DNA of 64,000 nt from Eledone cirrhosa. Its lineage: Eukaryota. Shown here piece by piece: positions 46,056 to 60,699 of the stretch (its first letter is position 1; every line of letters begins with the position of its first letter). A program made the translations under genes and the position numbers. The notes below the pieces were generated by a model that saw only the letters and a list, made by a program, of their open reading frames with translations, was not told the DNA's origin and ran no database searches. The stretch spans positions 125,612,001 to 125,676,000 of the forward strand of contig OZ024744.1 of NCBI GenBank assembly GCA_964016885.1. The letters run 5' to 3'.

Positions 46056-47617
46056 TTTTTAACATTGTTTTGTTTTTCTTTTCTTTTCTTATTCAGATGA
46101 CAAACGGCAGAGGATACAACAGAAGAAAAGAACAAAGATAATTATTATTATTATTACTATTATTATTTGTTTTATTATAATCAAAATATGCTGTTAGTTA
46201 GATCTGCATTGCGTACATTTTATATAATTTATGCCAGTTCCTTTTCTGCATATCGAACATGGCCATTTCCCTGACGGAATAGAGTTTTGTCCTCTTTCGT
46301 GACACAAAGTACAGCCAGCGGCATCATTGCGGACAGACTTAATCCCGAATTGCACTGACACACTGCCTCGCAATACGGAACACCGCACGTCTTTGATCTT
46401 CTTCCCGTCGATCAGCCTCCTTGCCATGCTAAGTACACCTGACGTCTAGCTTCTCTCTTAGCGGCGGCTTTATATTCTTCTCTACTCCCACTAATTTTCC
46501 AAGCATTCCATGCTAGCCTTTAGTCTCCAATGGCCCGATCTACCGTGCTGTCCCACCACCATGTCACTCTCTGTCTGGTTGGAACTCTGATCCAGCCACA
46601 AGTTTAATCAGTAGCCTGCAATAAGTTGTCACATAAGAAAATCGAGTTCTCATGTATGTCATACGACTGTGAATTGTCTTCTTTTTCGTCATACACATAT
46701 TGAAGGGCTTTCCTAAATTTCTATTTTAGTGAAATCTCTTTTAGCTTCCAGACCTTTCTTTTTTCCACATCTTCCTGTATGTCTCAATCATACCTGGAGC
46801 TGTCCAACATGACCATTGAAATCCCCTGCTAGCATAACGATGTCTCCGTCCTGTCATTGTGGCTGTTTGTAAAAATTGCTTGTAAATGAAGTCTTTCTTT
46901 TCTTTACCTAGCAGAAGCAATTAACACTAACCCAACCGTAACACTAACCCTAACACTAACTTATGCAGGCCTAGGTAAAGACAAGAAAGATAAAACAAGG
47001 AGTGATGCTTCTTGAATTTTGTGATGCAAGTGTTTTAACCATTTGCAAAACCAACTTCCACAAACCTGCCTCACTGCCGCCTAATAACCTACAAATCAGG
47101 CAAGCACAGAAGCCGGATTTCTCGGTAGTTAGGCAGCGAGACAGACAGATGGGGTGTGAAGTACCAGGGTGTGCCCCGGGGAGGAATGTTTCCCACAGCG
47201 TGGGTTGGTTGTTGGTGATGTCTCGGTTATCTTGAGACGGAGTGAGACGTGCAGGAATACTCTCACGGAATCGCCAAATGAGGTTTATTTTTCAACATAG
47301 TCCCTGGAATGAAACAATGTGGTTATTAAGAAGAATTGAAATTAATGTAAGATTTCACAGATCTATGATCAATCCTTCACAGTCAGCTTACAAAGTTTTC
47401 AGCCAAACCTTGTGTATTTCCAACATTTCAAACCCTATCTAGGACTACATTATCTAATGTACAGTACAGTAGTTAGTATTAGTGGCTATCAGACATAGTG
47501 TATCTAAATGCAACATTTTTAACATTGTTTTTTTTTTCTTTTCTTTTCTTATTCAGATGACAGACGGCAGAGGATACAATAGAAGAAAAGAACAATGATA
47601 ATTATTATTATTATTAT

Positions 47618-48021
47618 TGTTGTTATTCCTTGAATCTCAGTCATTGATGTTGGTTAACTGGAAAGTCCGTTGGAATGAATATCAAGCCACTACCTGCAGC
47701 CTCAGATATTCAGGACGTATCGGAGGGTTCTTGCTGTTCCAAGCAAGCATGCCTTTTGAAGCGTTCCAAAAAGCGTGAAGGGGCCGATTTTCTTTAACCA
47801 TCCCTGGAAACTTTTGGAGATGGACAAAAAACTGGAACACAATAGACCTGACCTGGTGGTTGTGGACAAAGAAAAAAGATCGTGTCTGATTGTGGATGTG
47901 GCCTGCCCGTTCAACACGAGAGTGCAAGAGAAGGAGAGGGAGAAAATTAACCGATACCAGGACCTAAAGTGGGAGGTGAAAAGGATTTGGAACTTCCATG
48001 AAGTCAAAGTGATCCCGATTG
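47618..48021 (-). mobile_element. R4/Dong-like fragment with 5' inversion, copy 2
   Basis: Same as 13707-14110. Confidence 0.82.
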
Positions 48022-48062
<41 letters not shown>

Positions 48063-49567
48063 TATTATTTGTTTTATTATAATCAAAATATGCTGTTAGT
48101 TAGATCTGCATTGTGTACATTTTATATAATTTATGCCAGTTCCTTTTCTACATATCGAACATGGCCATTTCCCTGACGGAATAGAGTTTTGTCCTCTTTT
48201 CTACTCATCAACACTCATTCGTGACACAAAGTACAGCCAGCGGCATCATTGCGGACAGACTTAATCCTGATTTGCACTGACACACTGCCTCGCAATACGG
48301 AACACCGCACGTCTTTGATCTTCTTCCCGTCGATCAGCCTCCTTGCCATGCAAAGTACACCTGACGTCTAGCTTCTCTCTTAGCGGCGGCTGTATATTCT
48401 TCTCTACTCCCACTAATTTTCCAAGCATTCCATGCTAGTCTTTAGTCTCCAATGGCCCGATCTACAGTTTCTGTCTCAACTCGTCTATGCTTGGTCGTTC
48501 CCGCACATTGACATTGCACATCCAACGGAGCATGCTTGCTTCATTTCTCTCCAGCCGTCGCATGTCCTCTGCAGTTGCTGCCCGTGTCTCACTACCATGC
48601 AGCATCGCGCATCTAAACCTGGCCCTTACCCTAACCCCAACCTCTTTGGTTTTCGTTTTCTCGACGGCTAGCCGCATTTCGTGATCCGCCTTTCGATTGC
48701 GCTTCCGTCGCGGCAAAAGAATTGCCTTTCCAGACCGCCGTCGCCCGACCGGACCCATGATAGAAGACGTTCGTTACCGTTGGAGCAACGCAAATTACTC
48801 CTCGGTTGACGCCAAAAACGAACGCCTTCCCGCCTCGCGCCGCCTTCTCCTCGCCGACCCTCGGCCTCGACGATTAGCCACTTTCCGTCACAGCAGTAGA
48901 TACGCGTCCGTCGTAATAGCCGTCATTTTAACGCAGAAGAAACGCCTAATTGCCCTGCACCGCGTTTGACGGCGATCTACGACGGCGACGATGCGCGCAC
49001 TCTTCCTTGCTGCGACGAAGGTTTCGGCTTTTCGTCGTGGACCCGGTCAGGTCATGCCGCTGACCTCGCGTTACGGCGACGCGAGAAGACGTTCGTTACC
49101 GCTGGAGCAACGCAAATTACTCCTCGGTTGACGCCAAAAACGAACGCCTCGCGCCGCCGCTTCCTCCTCGGCCTCGACGATTAGCCGCTTTCCGTCACAG
49201 CAGTAGATACGCGTCCGTCGTAATAGCCGTCATTTTAACGCAGGAGAAACGCCTTGACGACGATATACGACGGGTCGACGACGCGCGCACTCTTTCTGCT
49301 GCGACGAAGGTTTTGGCTTTTCGTTGTGGACCCGGTCGGGTCATGCCTCTGACCTCGCGTAGTGTCGCCACCGCCGCGGCGGGCTTGGGTTTAGCCGTAG
49401 CTACCCTCGTTTTGCCAACGGCGACGCGAGAAGACGTTCGTTACCGCTGGAGCAACGCAAATTACTCCTCGGATGAGGCCAAAAACGAACGCTGAAGAGA
49501 TATTGTCCATGGATATCGGGAATTTTACCCGCCCTAGATAGATAGATAGATAGGGATGTATGTATGT

Positions 49568-49607
<40 letters not shown>

Positions 49608-49984
49608 GTATGTATCTTTCTCATTCTCTCTGTATGTATGTATGTATGTATATATATATAATTATATATTTATAGACATCCTGAAAGCTTTTTAAATGTC
49701 TGAGAGATTGGCTAAATATGTTTTGCAGGTATGACCAGTAAGAGAGAGGTAAGTTATTTCAAAACAATTCTTTGACCATTATTTTAAGGTACTATCTCAG
49801 TGTATTTTTAAATTGACCTCTTGATAGGATGAAATGACCTGTATAATTTTTTTCATATTTAGATGGAATAGAAGAAAAACAAGAAAAATGAAATGAATTC
49901 AAACAGAAAATATACACCAATGCCAATGGAGGTATGATTTCAGTTTAATCTTAACCTAATGACCACTTTACAGAGTGTACTGGA

Positions 49985-50030
<46 letters not shown>

Positions 50031-53000
50031 GGAAGCTCCAACCGTTAAGGTTGTCTTTCCATTTATTAATATATTGTGTATTTACTCCACTAAACTGTTG
50101 AGTGCTTTATATCAGTTATAAAAAAATTTCAGCTTGTTGAATCCCAAAATAGTTGTTGAAACAGCCACAGCTCAGCCGTCGGGGTCCTGAATATTTATCA
50201 TATATATATACGTATGAGTGTGTGTGTTTTGAGAATTAATAATTATATAAACAAGTTTGTAATGAACAATTTATTTCTTATCAAAACTGTATAAACATGA
50301 TATTATTTACAGTAAGAATAACAATAATAATGATGGTTTCTAGTAAAGGTGGAAGGCCAGTAATTTGGGGGAGGGGAAAGTTGATTAAATCGAAGAGAGA
50401 AAGAAAGAAGAAACAGAACGGGAAGGAGAGGGGATGGCAAGAGGTCCGGTGTCGCAGGAGAGAGGGGAGGGTGGTTGAGCTTTGAGTCTAGGGCAAGAGG
50501 GCAGAAATGCTGCGCCCCACGGATAAGACGGCAAAAATATTCTCGCGGACGATGGCCAGAGATACCCAATGCAACAACCACCCAACCTCGCGGTGTTCCC
50601 TCCTCAGATGGGCTGCTGACTCTCCGATCTTTTGGAGGAGCTCGGCAGTACAAGGTCCAAGTACTCCTGGGGTCTCGACGTTGACTGGTGCAGAGAGGAA
50701 GTGGCCGGACAATCCTCGGTATTTGTTTATTTTACGTTCTTCTGCGAGGTGGGCTGCGATGCCGGGGTTTGTGACCGAAACGACTTGGAAACGAAGTTGT
50801 AGGCGGAGATTGTGTCGTAGCTGGTGGTGTCCCAGATGAGGGACCTACGTCCTTCGAATGGGAAGAGAGTGATTCCGTCGGGGCGCTTGCCATCTCCGGG
50901 ACCTGTTGGCCCCAGTTGTGATGGGAAGCCAGCTGCGTCCAGGCTTCTTCTCAATATGTCGTTGACAACGACGTGTATCTATTCAATAATTATTTGAATA
51001 TTGAAATTTTAGGTTTAACTACCTTTTAAACCAAATACATTAAGAAAGGCATGACCAACACCACATCATTTTTATTTCTATTTTGAAAGTAGGTTTATAA
51101 GTATTAAATTTCAGTAGATTCTTATATCCTTCATGGTGGTCTGGTGGGAGATACGAGAGATGGTGGAGGTTCTGGTCTGGGGTTCAATCCTGCTCAGGAG
51201 ATACTCTAAGGGGGTTCATACTAAACTTCTTCAGTGTTTCTTATCTCTAGAGACAAATATATATACATAAGGTAATCTGGTAAAGTTGTTAGAACATCAC
51301 ATAGAATTCTTTGTAGTATTTTTTCCAGTTCTTCAATCTGAGTTCAACTTTACTTTTCTTCCATTCGGGGTTGATAATAACGTACCAGTCAAATACTAGG
51401 GGTTAATTCTTCCTCTATATCTCTTTCTCACTCTCTGTCTGTTTTATTAAGACCTGGAGAGGTGATGTACTCTACCAGGTTTTATAATGAGTGATGGGGT
51501 CATACCTGCCTGCTACACCTCTGTGTACTAAGTGTAGCATATTATATCCTTGTTCAGGGCCTTCCTGACATTACTGTGTACTAAGGGTAGCATTTTATAT
51601 CCTTGTTCAGGGCCATCTTAACATTGCTGTGTACTAAGTGTAGCATATTATATCCTTGTTCGGGGCCTTCCTGACATTAGTGTGTACTGAGTGTAGATTT
51701 TAACATCCTTGTTCTGGGCCTTCCTAACATTACTGTGTACTGAGTGTAGATTTTAACATCTTTGTTCAGAGCCTTCCTTACATTACTGTGTACTAAGTGT
51801 AGCATTTCATATACTTGTTCTGGGCCTTCCTAACGTTACTGTGGAAATAGTAGTTTATATCCAATATGTAATATAGATATGGATTCTACAGGACTAAAAC
51901 TCATTAATATGAGGGGTATTAGTAGATTATATGCCATATTTAATAGAGAAATGGCTTCTACAAGACTAAAACTCATTAATATGAGGGGTATTACAGTTTA
52001 TATGCCATATTTAATACAGAAATGGCTTCTAAAGGACTAGAACTCTTTAAATTGAATAAAATAGTAGTATATATCCTATGTTTAATACAGAAATGCCTTC
52101 TAAAGGACTCATTAATATGAGGGTATTAGTAGATTATATAACATATTTAATACAGAAATGGCTTTTAAATTCAGGGACTCGTTAATTTGATGGAAATAGT
52201 AGTGTCTATGCAATATTTAATACAGAAATAGCTTCTACAGGACTAAAACTAATTAATATGAGGGGTATTAGTAGTATATGTGCCATATTTAATACAGAGA
52301 TGGCTTCTAAATGGAGGTATCTCATTAATTCGATTGAAATGGTAGTGTATATGCAATATTTAATACAGAAATAGCTTCTACAAGAATAAAACTCATTAAT
52401 ATGAAGGTTATTATTACATTATATGCCATATTTAATACAGAAATCGGTTCTAAAGGACTAGAACTCTTTAATTCAAATCAAATAGTAGTATAAAGCAATA
52501 TTTACTACAGAAATGGCTTCTACAAGACTAAAAATCCTTAATATGAGGGGTATTGTTAGATTATATACCATATTTAATACAGAAATGGCTTCTAAATGAA
52601 GAAATCTCTTTAATTCGATAGTAATAGTAATAATAATAATAGTAATAGTAATAATACAGCCAATTTTCCACGCAATACTTTTAGTTAGCACCCCGAACGC
52701 ATAATTGGGAATATAATCACTTATTTCCTAATGTTTGTTGAGTGAGTTGGGAAAAAAAACTTGGGAAATATATTTTCAGGGTCTCAAAATCTTAAAGAGA
52801 AAAAAAAGTCCTGTGGAAGGTAGCAAAACAATTAGGAAGAAAATGGTTTGAAGTTGGTTGGTGAGTATAAGATTACAGTATCTTGTTGATTTCTATAAAG
52901 TTTACTTTTAACTGAATTGGTAAAAATGGATAAATTAGAAGACACAATATAATAACTAATATTGTCTTCTAAAACAGGGAATAAAAATATGTTGGTGTAT

Positions 53001-53272
53001 TGGGGGGGGGGGGTAAACATGTGAGTTAATGGGAATGTTTTTGTTTGTTTTTATTGAAACATATTCAATCTACAGATAGGTTGTTATAGTTATTTAGTCT
53101 CGGGTCTGCCATTATCTGCAGATTTATAATTGAGGGGTGTTCCAGGTGTGACCACCCTACATTATTCCTAGAGATTGTTACTCCTTCATTCTTCAGTCAT
53201 CTTGGTCTTCTTATGAGATGGTGGTGTAGTCTTATTTATTGTTAAGGTTATGGTCTTCCTTTGTCCACACTC

Positions 53273-53314
<42 letters not shown>

Positions 53315-54868
53315 AAAGGCTTCCTTCTCTGGAAAAAGATGATTTAATATTCACAACCATCTGTCTAATTGTTTTCTGATGAGAATAAAGTTAATCTTGC
53401 TTGTATGTCTACCTGATCAAATGACTGGCTGATATCTTGAAGTCATTTACACCACAGAACTGTAGGAGTCTTGATCCCTCAAGCCATACCTCTAGCCATC
53501 ATGTACTCCAAAAGAGTCTCACCTTGGTGCTACTCAACATGTCCATTAAATTTAGCAGCAAGGATGCCCTCTTCTTAGTGAGAGACAACTACAAGAGAGG
53601 TTCTTAGAGAAGAATAAGCCACTATAGTTAACTTTTGTTGACATAGAGAACCCCGATCTGTCATCTGGTGGTCCTTAAGGAAACTAGGTGTAGGGGAATG
53701 GCTTGTGAGGACAGTGCAAGCTATGTACAAGGGTGCTGTCAGTAAAGTGAGAGGAGGAATTCCAGAAACAAAGTAGGTGTACATCAGGGTTCGGTCCTCA
53801 GTCCGCTCTTGTTCATTATAGTCCTCCCTCCCTCCCTCCCTCCCTCCCTCCAAGCCATAACAGAGGAGGAGTAGTTTAAGACTGGATGCCCATGGGAACT
53901 TCTCTATGCTGACGATCTGGTTCTTATAGCAGAATCAGTAGAGGAGCTAGCTAGAGAATAAATTCTGGCTATGGAAACAGCAGTAGTTGGAATCAAGAAG
54001 ACTGAGAGTGAACCTAGCTAAGACAAAAGTGTTTATAAGTAGAAGAGAGGACAAAACTCTGATTCTGTCAGGGAAATGGCCATGTTCGATATGTAGGAAA
54101 GGAGTTGGCATAAATTCTATGAAATGTAGTACGCAATGCAGATCTTGGCTACACAAGAGATGTAGTGGGATAGCAGGAAAACTGACTGACAGGTAGGGAG
54201 AAATACGTATGCAGTAGATGTACAGGGAAATTTGACAGAGATTGCAGTGATAGACACATTTTTCAAATGCAGGTGGGATCTATAGAGGGAGTTGATAGCT
54301 TCTGATACCTAGGTGATCAGATTAGTAAGGGAGGAGGGTGATATAAAATATATTGTTATCATGACTGTCTTTATTATTTAAATTACCTCTGTCTATTTAC
54401 AGATTTTACAGAGTGTACTGGGTGCTTTTATGATGGGAGCAGCAACTCTATACGATTTTACAGAGTGTACTTGGTGCTTTTATCATGGCACATGGCAGCA
54501 GCAGAAGCAGCAACTACGATTTTACAGAGTGTACTTGGTGCTTTTTACTCTGACATCAGCACTGAGGAAGTTGTCATATTTTCAGCTAAATTAATGAGTA
54601 GAAAAACCAAGTTTCTGCTACAAAAAATTCTCAGATTCAAGGGAGACATTCAGTTTAAGTATGGTATACTGTCACTAAGGCAGCAAATTGGCAGAGTCGC
54701 TAGAATATCAGATAGCATTCTTTACATTATTTGTTTCAGCTCTCTGTTCTCTCAATTCAAATCCTGCTCAGGTCAACTTTGCCTTTCATCCATACAAAAT
54801 AGATTAATAAAAGTACCAGTGTATTACTGGGGTCAATTCTTCTTCTAACTCTTCTGCACTTCCATTCT

Positions 54869-54899
<31 letters not shown>

Positions 54900-55458
54900 T
54901 CTTTAGAACACATCTGCTGTATTCAGACCTGGAGCGGAGATGGGCTCCACCAAGTTTTAAAAATTGCCCTTTAAGCGCTGTATGTCAATATGGTGCCCCT
55001 ATGATTCCCTCCCTCAGGAGTTATGGGACCATAGATACTGTCAATTGTAAAGAATAACAGAGATATTCAGTGCTAGTGTGGTGTTCTGTCAGTTGTGGAG
55101 ATTGATGAATCTAAACAGAAATATCAACAGCACTTTTCATTTCTGAGTAACACATTTGTTACCAAGTGCTGCATGGCTGGAATGAAAATCAGTGCTGTGA
55201 AAACCAAGACATTCATCCTCTCAAGGAAGCTTGTGCAGTGCACTCTACATGTAAATGGAGTCCCACTGAAGCAGGTAGAAAAGTTCATGTATCTCGAAGC
55301 TGTGTTCACGAGTGATGACAGAGACGGCAAAGGCACAACACACAACAGAAGAAAAGAACAATGACAATTATTATTATTATTATTATTATTATTATTTGTT
55401 TTATTAGTTTTATTATAATAAAAATTGTGCTGTTAGTTTGCTTGCTATACCATCATGT

Positions 55459-55552
55459 ACCCTAACCCTAAACCTAACCCCAACTCCAACTCTGACCCTA
55501 AACCTAACCCCAACCCCAACCCCAACCCTAACCCTAACCCTAACCCTAACCC
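55459..55552. repeat. Interstitial (CCCTAA)n, copy 2
   Basis: Same as 21594-21687. Confidence 0.9.
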
Positions 55553-56303
55553 ACGATAGAAGACGTTCGTTACCGCTGGAGCAACGCAAATTACTCCTCG
55601 GTTGACGCCAAAAACGAACGCCTTCTCGACGGCTAGCCGCATTTCGTGATCCGCCTTTCGATTGCGCTTCCGTCGCGGAAAAAGAATTGCCTTTATAGGC
55701 CGCCGCCGCCCGACCGGACCCACGATAGAAGACGTTCGTTACCGCTGGAGCAACGCAAATTACTCCTCGGTTGACGCCAAAAACGAACGCCTTCTCGACG
55801 GCTAGCCGCATTTCGTGATCCGCCTTTCGATTGCGCTTCCGTCGCGGAAAAAGAATTGCCTTTATAGGCCGCCGCCGCCCGACCGGACCCACGATAGAAG
55901 ACGTTCGTTACCGCTGGAGCAACGCAAATTACTCCTCGGTTGACGCCAAAAACGAACGCCTTCTCGACGGCTAGCCGCATTTCGTGATCCGCCTTTCGAT
56001 TGCGCTTCCGTCGCGGAAAAAGAATTGCCTTTATAGGCCGCCGCCGCCCGACCGGACCCACGATAGAAGACGTTCGTTACCGCTGGAGCAACGCAAATTA
56101 CTCCTCGGTTGACGCCAAAAACGAACGCCTTCTCGACGGCTAGCCGCATTTCGTGATCCGCCTTTCGATTGCGCTTCCGTCGCGGAAAAAGAATTGCCTT
56201 TATAGGCCGCCGCCGCCGCCCGACCGGACCCACGATAGAAGACGTTCGTTACCGCTGGAGCAACGCAAATTACTCCTCGGTTGACGCCAAAAACGAACGC
56301 CTT
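55550..56303 (+). repeat. 169/172-bp spacer-like repeats, copy 2 (4.4 units)
   Basis: Unit starts at 55550, 55719, 55888, 56057 and 56229. Confidence 0.85.
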
Positions 56304-56661
56304 CCGGTTCGGGCGACGTAAAAGTCTGTAGCCTTTTCGCCGATCCTCGACGATTATCCGCCTTCCGAACAACCGCCTTTCCGCCGTCACAGCAGTAGGT
56401 ACTCGTCCGTCGTAATAGCCGTCATTTTAATGCAGGAGAAACGCCTAAATGCACTGCGATTGACGACGATCTACGACGCGCTTACTCTTCCTTGCTGCGA
56501 CGAAGGTTTCGTTCGGCTTTTCGTCGTGGACCCGGTCAGGTCATGCCGCTGATCTCGCGTTGCGTCGTTACCGCTGGAGCAACGCAAATTACTCCTCGTT
56601 TAACGCCAACATCGAACGCGCTTCGGTTCTCGGTCGTCGTTGTTTTGTTTCGTGCGGAAGA

Positions 56662-56847
56662 TACCTGGGTGATCCTGCCAGTAGTCATATGCTTGTCTCA
56701 AAGCTTAAGCCATGCAAGTGGAAGTTCATGCCGTAAACGAAAATGGTGAAACCGCGAATGGCTCAGGAACCGGATCTAATCCTCGGGACCGTATTCCTCA
56801 CCGCGAGGAGAGGATAACTGTGGCAATTCTAGAGCTAATACATGCAA
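56662..56847 (+). pseudogene. 18S rRNA: 18S rRNA 5'-end fragment, copy 2
   Basis: Same as 22975-23160. Confidence 0.93.
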
Positions 56848-56853
56848 TTGAGA

Positions 56854-59800
56854 TCGGAGAGGGAGCGATCCGTCTGCTTGATTCCGATAACGAACGAGAC
56901 ATTCGTATCCGAAAGAACGTTTGTCTGGAAACTGGTGCAGTCAGTGAGTCGAAAAAAAAATATCTCGGTGGTAGTAGCAAATATTCGAACGAGACATTCG
57001 TATGCGAAAGAACGTTTGTCGGTGGTAGTAGCAAATATTCGAACGAGACATTCGTATGCGAAAGAACGTTTGTCTGGAAGTGGCGATCCATGCCCGGTGG
57101 ATAGTTGGTTCCGGGTTTTACTATGATTGTTGCAAAACAGAAACTTAAAGGGATTGACAGAATTTGCGATTCCGGAGAGGGGGCGATCCGTCTGCTTGAT
57201 TCCGATAACGAACGAGACATTCGTATCCGAAAGAACGTTTGTCTGGAAACTGGTGAGTCAGTGAGTCGAAAAAAAAATATCTCGGTGGTAGTAGCAAATA
57301 TTCGTATGCGAAAGAAAAGATCTCGGTGGTAGTAGCAAATATTCGAACGAGACATTCGTAGGCGAAAGAAAAATATCTCGGTGGTAGTAGCAAATATTCG
57401 AACGAGACATTCGTATGCGAAAGAACGTTTGTCGGTGGTAGTAGCAAATATTCGAACGAGACATTCGTATGCGAAAGAACGTTTGTCGGTGGTAGTAGCA
57501 AATATTCGAACGAGACATTCGTATGCGAAAGAACGTTTGTCTGGAAGTGGCGATCCATGCCCGGTGGATAGTTGGTTCCGGGTTTTACTATGATTGTTGC
57601 AAAACAAAAACTTAAAGGGATTGACAGAATTTGCGATTCCGGAGAGAGGGCGATCCGTCTGCTTGATTCCGATAACGAACGAGACATTCGTATCCGAAAG
57701 AACGTTTGTCTGGAAACTGGTGAGTCAGTGAGTCGAAAAAAAAATATCTCGGTGGTAGTAGCAAATATTCGAACGAGACATTCGTATGCGAAAGAACGTT
57801 TGTCGGTGGTAGTAGCAAATATTCGAACGAGACATTCGTATGCGAAAGAACGTTTGTCTGGAAGTGGCGATCCATGCCCGGTGGATAGTTGGTTCCGGGT
57901 TTTACTATGATTGTTGCAAAACAGAAACTTAAAGGGATTGACAGAATTTGCGATTACGGAGAGGGGGCGATCCGTCTGCTTGATTCCGATAACGAACGAG
58001 ACATTCGTATCCGAAAGAACGTTTGTCTGGAAACTGGTGAGTCAGTGAGTCGAAAAAAAAATATCTCGGTGGTAGTGGCAAATATTCGAACGAGACATTC
58101 GTATGCGAAAGAACGTTTGTCGGTGGTAGTAGCAAATATTCGAACGAGACATTCGTATGCGAAAGAACGTTTGTCTGGAAACTGGTGAGTCAGTGAGTCG
58201 AAAAAAAAATATCTCGGTGGTAGTAGCAAATATTCGAACGAGACATTCGTATGCGAAAGAACGTTTGTCGGTGGTAGTAGCAAATATTCGAACGAGACAT
58301 TCGTATGCGAAAGAACGTTTGTCTGGAAGTGGCGATCCATGCCCGGTGGATAGTTGGTTCCGGGTTTTACTATGATTGTTGCAAAACAGAAACTTAAAGG
58401 GATTGACAGAATTTGCGATTACGGAGAGGGGGCGATCCGTCTGCTTGATTCCGATAACGAACGAGACATTCGTATCCGAAAGAACGTTTGTCTGGAAACT
58501 GGTGAGTCAGTGAGTCGAAAAAAAAATATCTCGGTGGTAGTAGCAAATATTCGTATGCGAAAGAAAAGATCTCGGTGGTAGTAGCAAATATTCGAACGAG
58601 ACATTCGTAGGCGAAAGAAAAATATCTCGGTGGTAGTAGCAAATATTCGAACGAGACATTCGTATTCGAAAGAACGTTTGTCTGGAAGTTGCGATCCATG
58701 CCCGGTGGATAGTTGGTTCCGGGTTTTACTATGATTGTTGCAAAACAGAAACTTAAAAGGATTGACAGAATTTGCGATTCCGGAGAGGGGGCGATCCGTC
58801 TGCTTGATTCCGATAACGAACGAGACATTCGTATCCGAAAGAACGTTTGTCTGGAAACTGGTGAGTCAGTGAGTCGAAAAAAAAAATATCTCGGTGGTAG
58901 TAGCAAATATTCGAACGAGACATTCGTATGCGAAAGAACGTTTGTCGGTGGTAGTAGCAAATATTCGAACGAGACATTCGTATGCGAAAGAACGTTTGTC
59001 GGTGGTAGTAGCAAATATTCGAACGAGACATTCGTATTCGAAAGAACGTTTGTCTGGAAGTGGCGATCCATGCCCGGTGGATAGTTGGTTCCGGGCTTTA
59101 CTATGATTGTTGCAAAACAGAAACTTAAAGGGATTGACAGAATTTGCGATTCCGGAGAGGGGGCGATCCGTCTGCTTGATTTCGATAACGAACGAGACAT
59201 TCGTATCCGAAAGAACGTTTGTCTGGAAACTGGTGAGTCAGTGAGTCGAAAAAAAAAATATCTCGGTGGTAGTAGCAAATATTCGAACGAGACATTCGTA
59301 TGCGAAAGAACGTTTGTCGGTGGTAGTAGCAAATATTCGAACGAGACATTCGTATGCGAAAGAACGTTTGTCGGTGGTAGTAGCAAATATTCGAACGAGA
59401 CATTCGTATGCGAAAGAACGTTTGTCTGGAAGTGGCGATCCATGCCCGGTGGATAGTTGGTTCCGGGTTTTACTATGATTGTTGCAAAACAGAAACTTAA
59501 AGGGATTGACAGAATTTGCGATTCCGGAGAGAGGGCGATCCGTCTGCTTGATTCCGATAACGAACGAGACATTCGTATCCGAAAGAACGTTTGTCTGGAA
59601 ACTGGTGAGTCAGTGAGTCGAAAAAAAAATATCTCGGTGGTAGTAGCAAATATTCGTATGCGAAAGAAAAGATCTCGGTGGTAGTAGCAAATATTCGAAC
59701 GAGACATTCGTATGCGAAAGAAAAATATCTCGGTGGTAGTAGCAAATATTCGAACGAGACATTCGTATTCGAAAGAACGTTTGTCTGGAAGTTGCGATCC

Positions 59801-59877
59801 ATGCCCGGTGGATAGTTGGTTCCGGGCTTTACTATGATTGTTGCAAAACAGAAACTTAAAGGAATTGACAGAATTTT
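56854..59877 (+). repeat. rRNA-derived chimeric satellite, copy 2 (8 units, different arrangement)
   Basis: Same modules; ~1.6 kb shorter than copy 1. Confidence 0.92.
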
Positions 59878-59901
59878 CGAATCGACATCAACTCGGCTAC
59901 G

Positions 59902-60268
59902 GCTATCCCGTCGAGTACGAGAGTATCGCGGGATCAGAGCAACGGTTTGCTAGGCTGCCTCTGAGCGATAACGGCTGAACGCCTCCTCTAAGCCGGAACC
60001 CTAGCCGGACCCGAGTTGTTTTTCGACAAGCGTCTCGACCTTCTTAAGGCCCATGCCTTAGTTTGGCGATTGCCGTCCGTTCGCCGACGGCGGCAGCGTC
60101 AGCGGAAATGCCATTCTGTGACGACTACGACGATTCGTCGTCGTCGTCGTCCATTCGATTTCCTGAAAGAGATAGAGACTAAAGTGATCAAATTGTTCGG
60201 AGTTACGTGCTTAGTAGAGCAGCTACCACACTGCAATCTATTGAGAGTTTTCTGACGAACGATACAAT
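59902..60268 (+). pseudogene. 28S rRNA: 28S rRNA 3'-terminal fragment, copy 2
   Basis: Same as copy 1 with a 6-bp insertion. Confidence 0.82.
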
Positions 60269-60683
60269 CCGCCCACGTGGCGCCAGAAAGGGAGAAGAAA
60301 AGAAAAGTTAGACGCCGCCGATCGATCGGTTCGTTGTTTTACGTGTACACAGCTTGTGTGTGTGTCTGTATGTGATACAAGCCGCCTATCCGTCTTCCAA
60401 GTAAGTTTTGTGTGTAGACTGCGGAAAGAAATCCAATCCGCCGTCTAGGCGGTTCTGCCGCCGACCCATACTTTTGCGAGTCGCTCCCGGGAAAGACAGG
60501 CGGCAAGACGGCGTGTATACACGACGCCTTCCGTCTTCCGCCTCGAACCCGGCAAACGTTCCTTTATTCGTCCACGCCTTCCCGCTTCGATCGCGAGAAA
60601 GTAATCAATCTGTTTTGTGTGTGTGTCTGTGTGTGATACAAATTTGTTTTCTTAATTTGATAACCATGAATTGTTTCAACACC

Positions 60684-60699
60684 GGCCCTTTTAAGGGCC
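60684..60699 (+). promoter_or_regulatory. Histone-type stem-loop, copy 2
   Basis: Identical to 28567-28582. Confidence 0.55.

Noticed and set aside
58394-59707. 437-aa and other ORFs across the rRNA-derived arrays
   Set aside because: By-products of a stop-free 54-bp (multiple of 3) repeat; frames are broken by A-run length variation.
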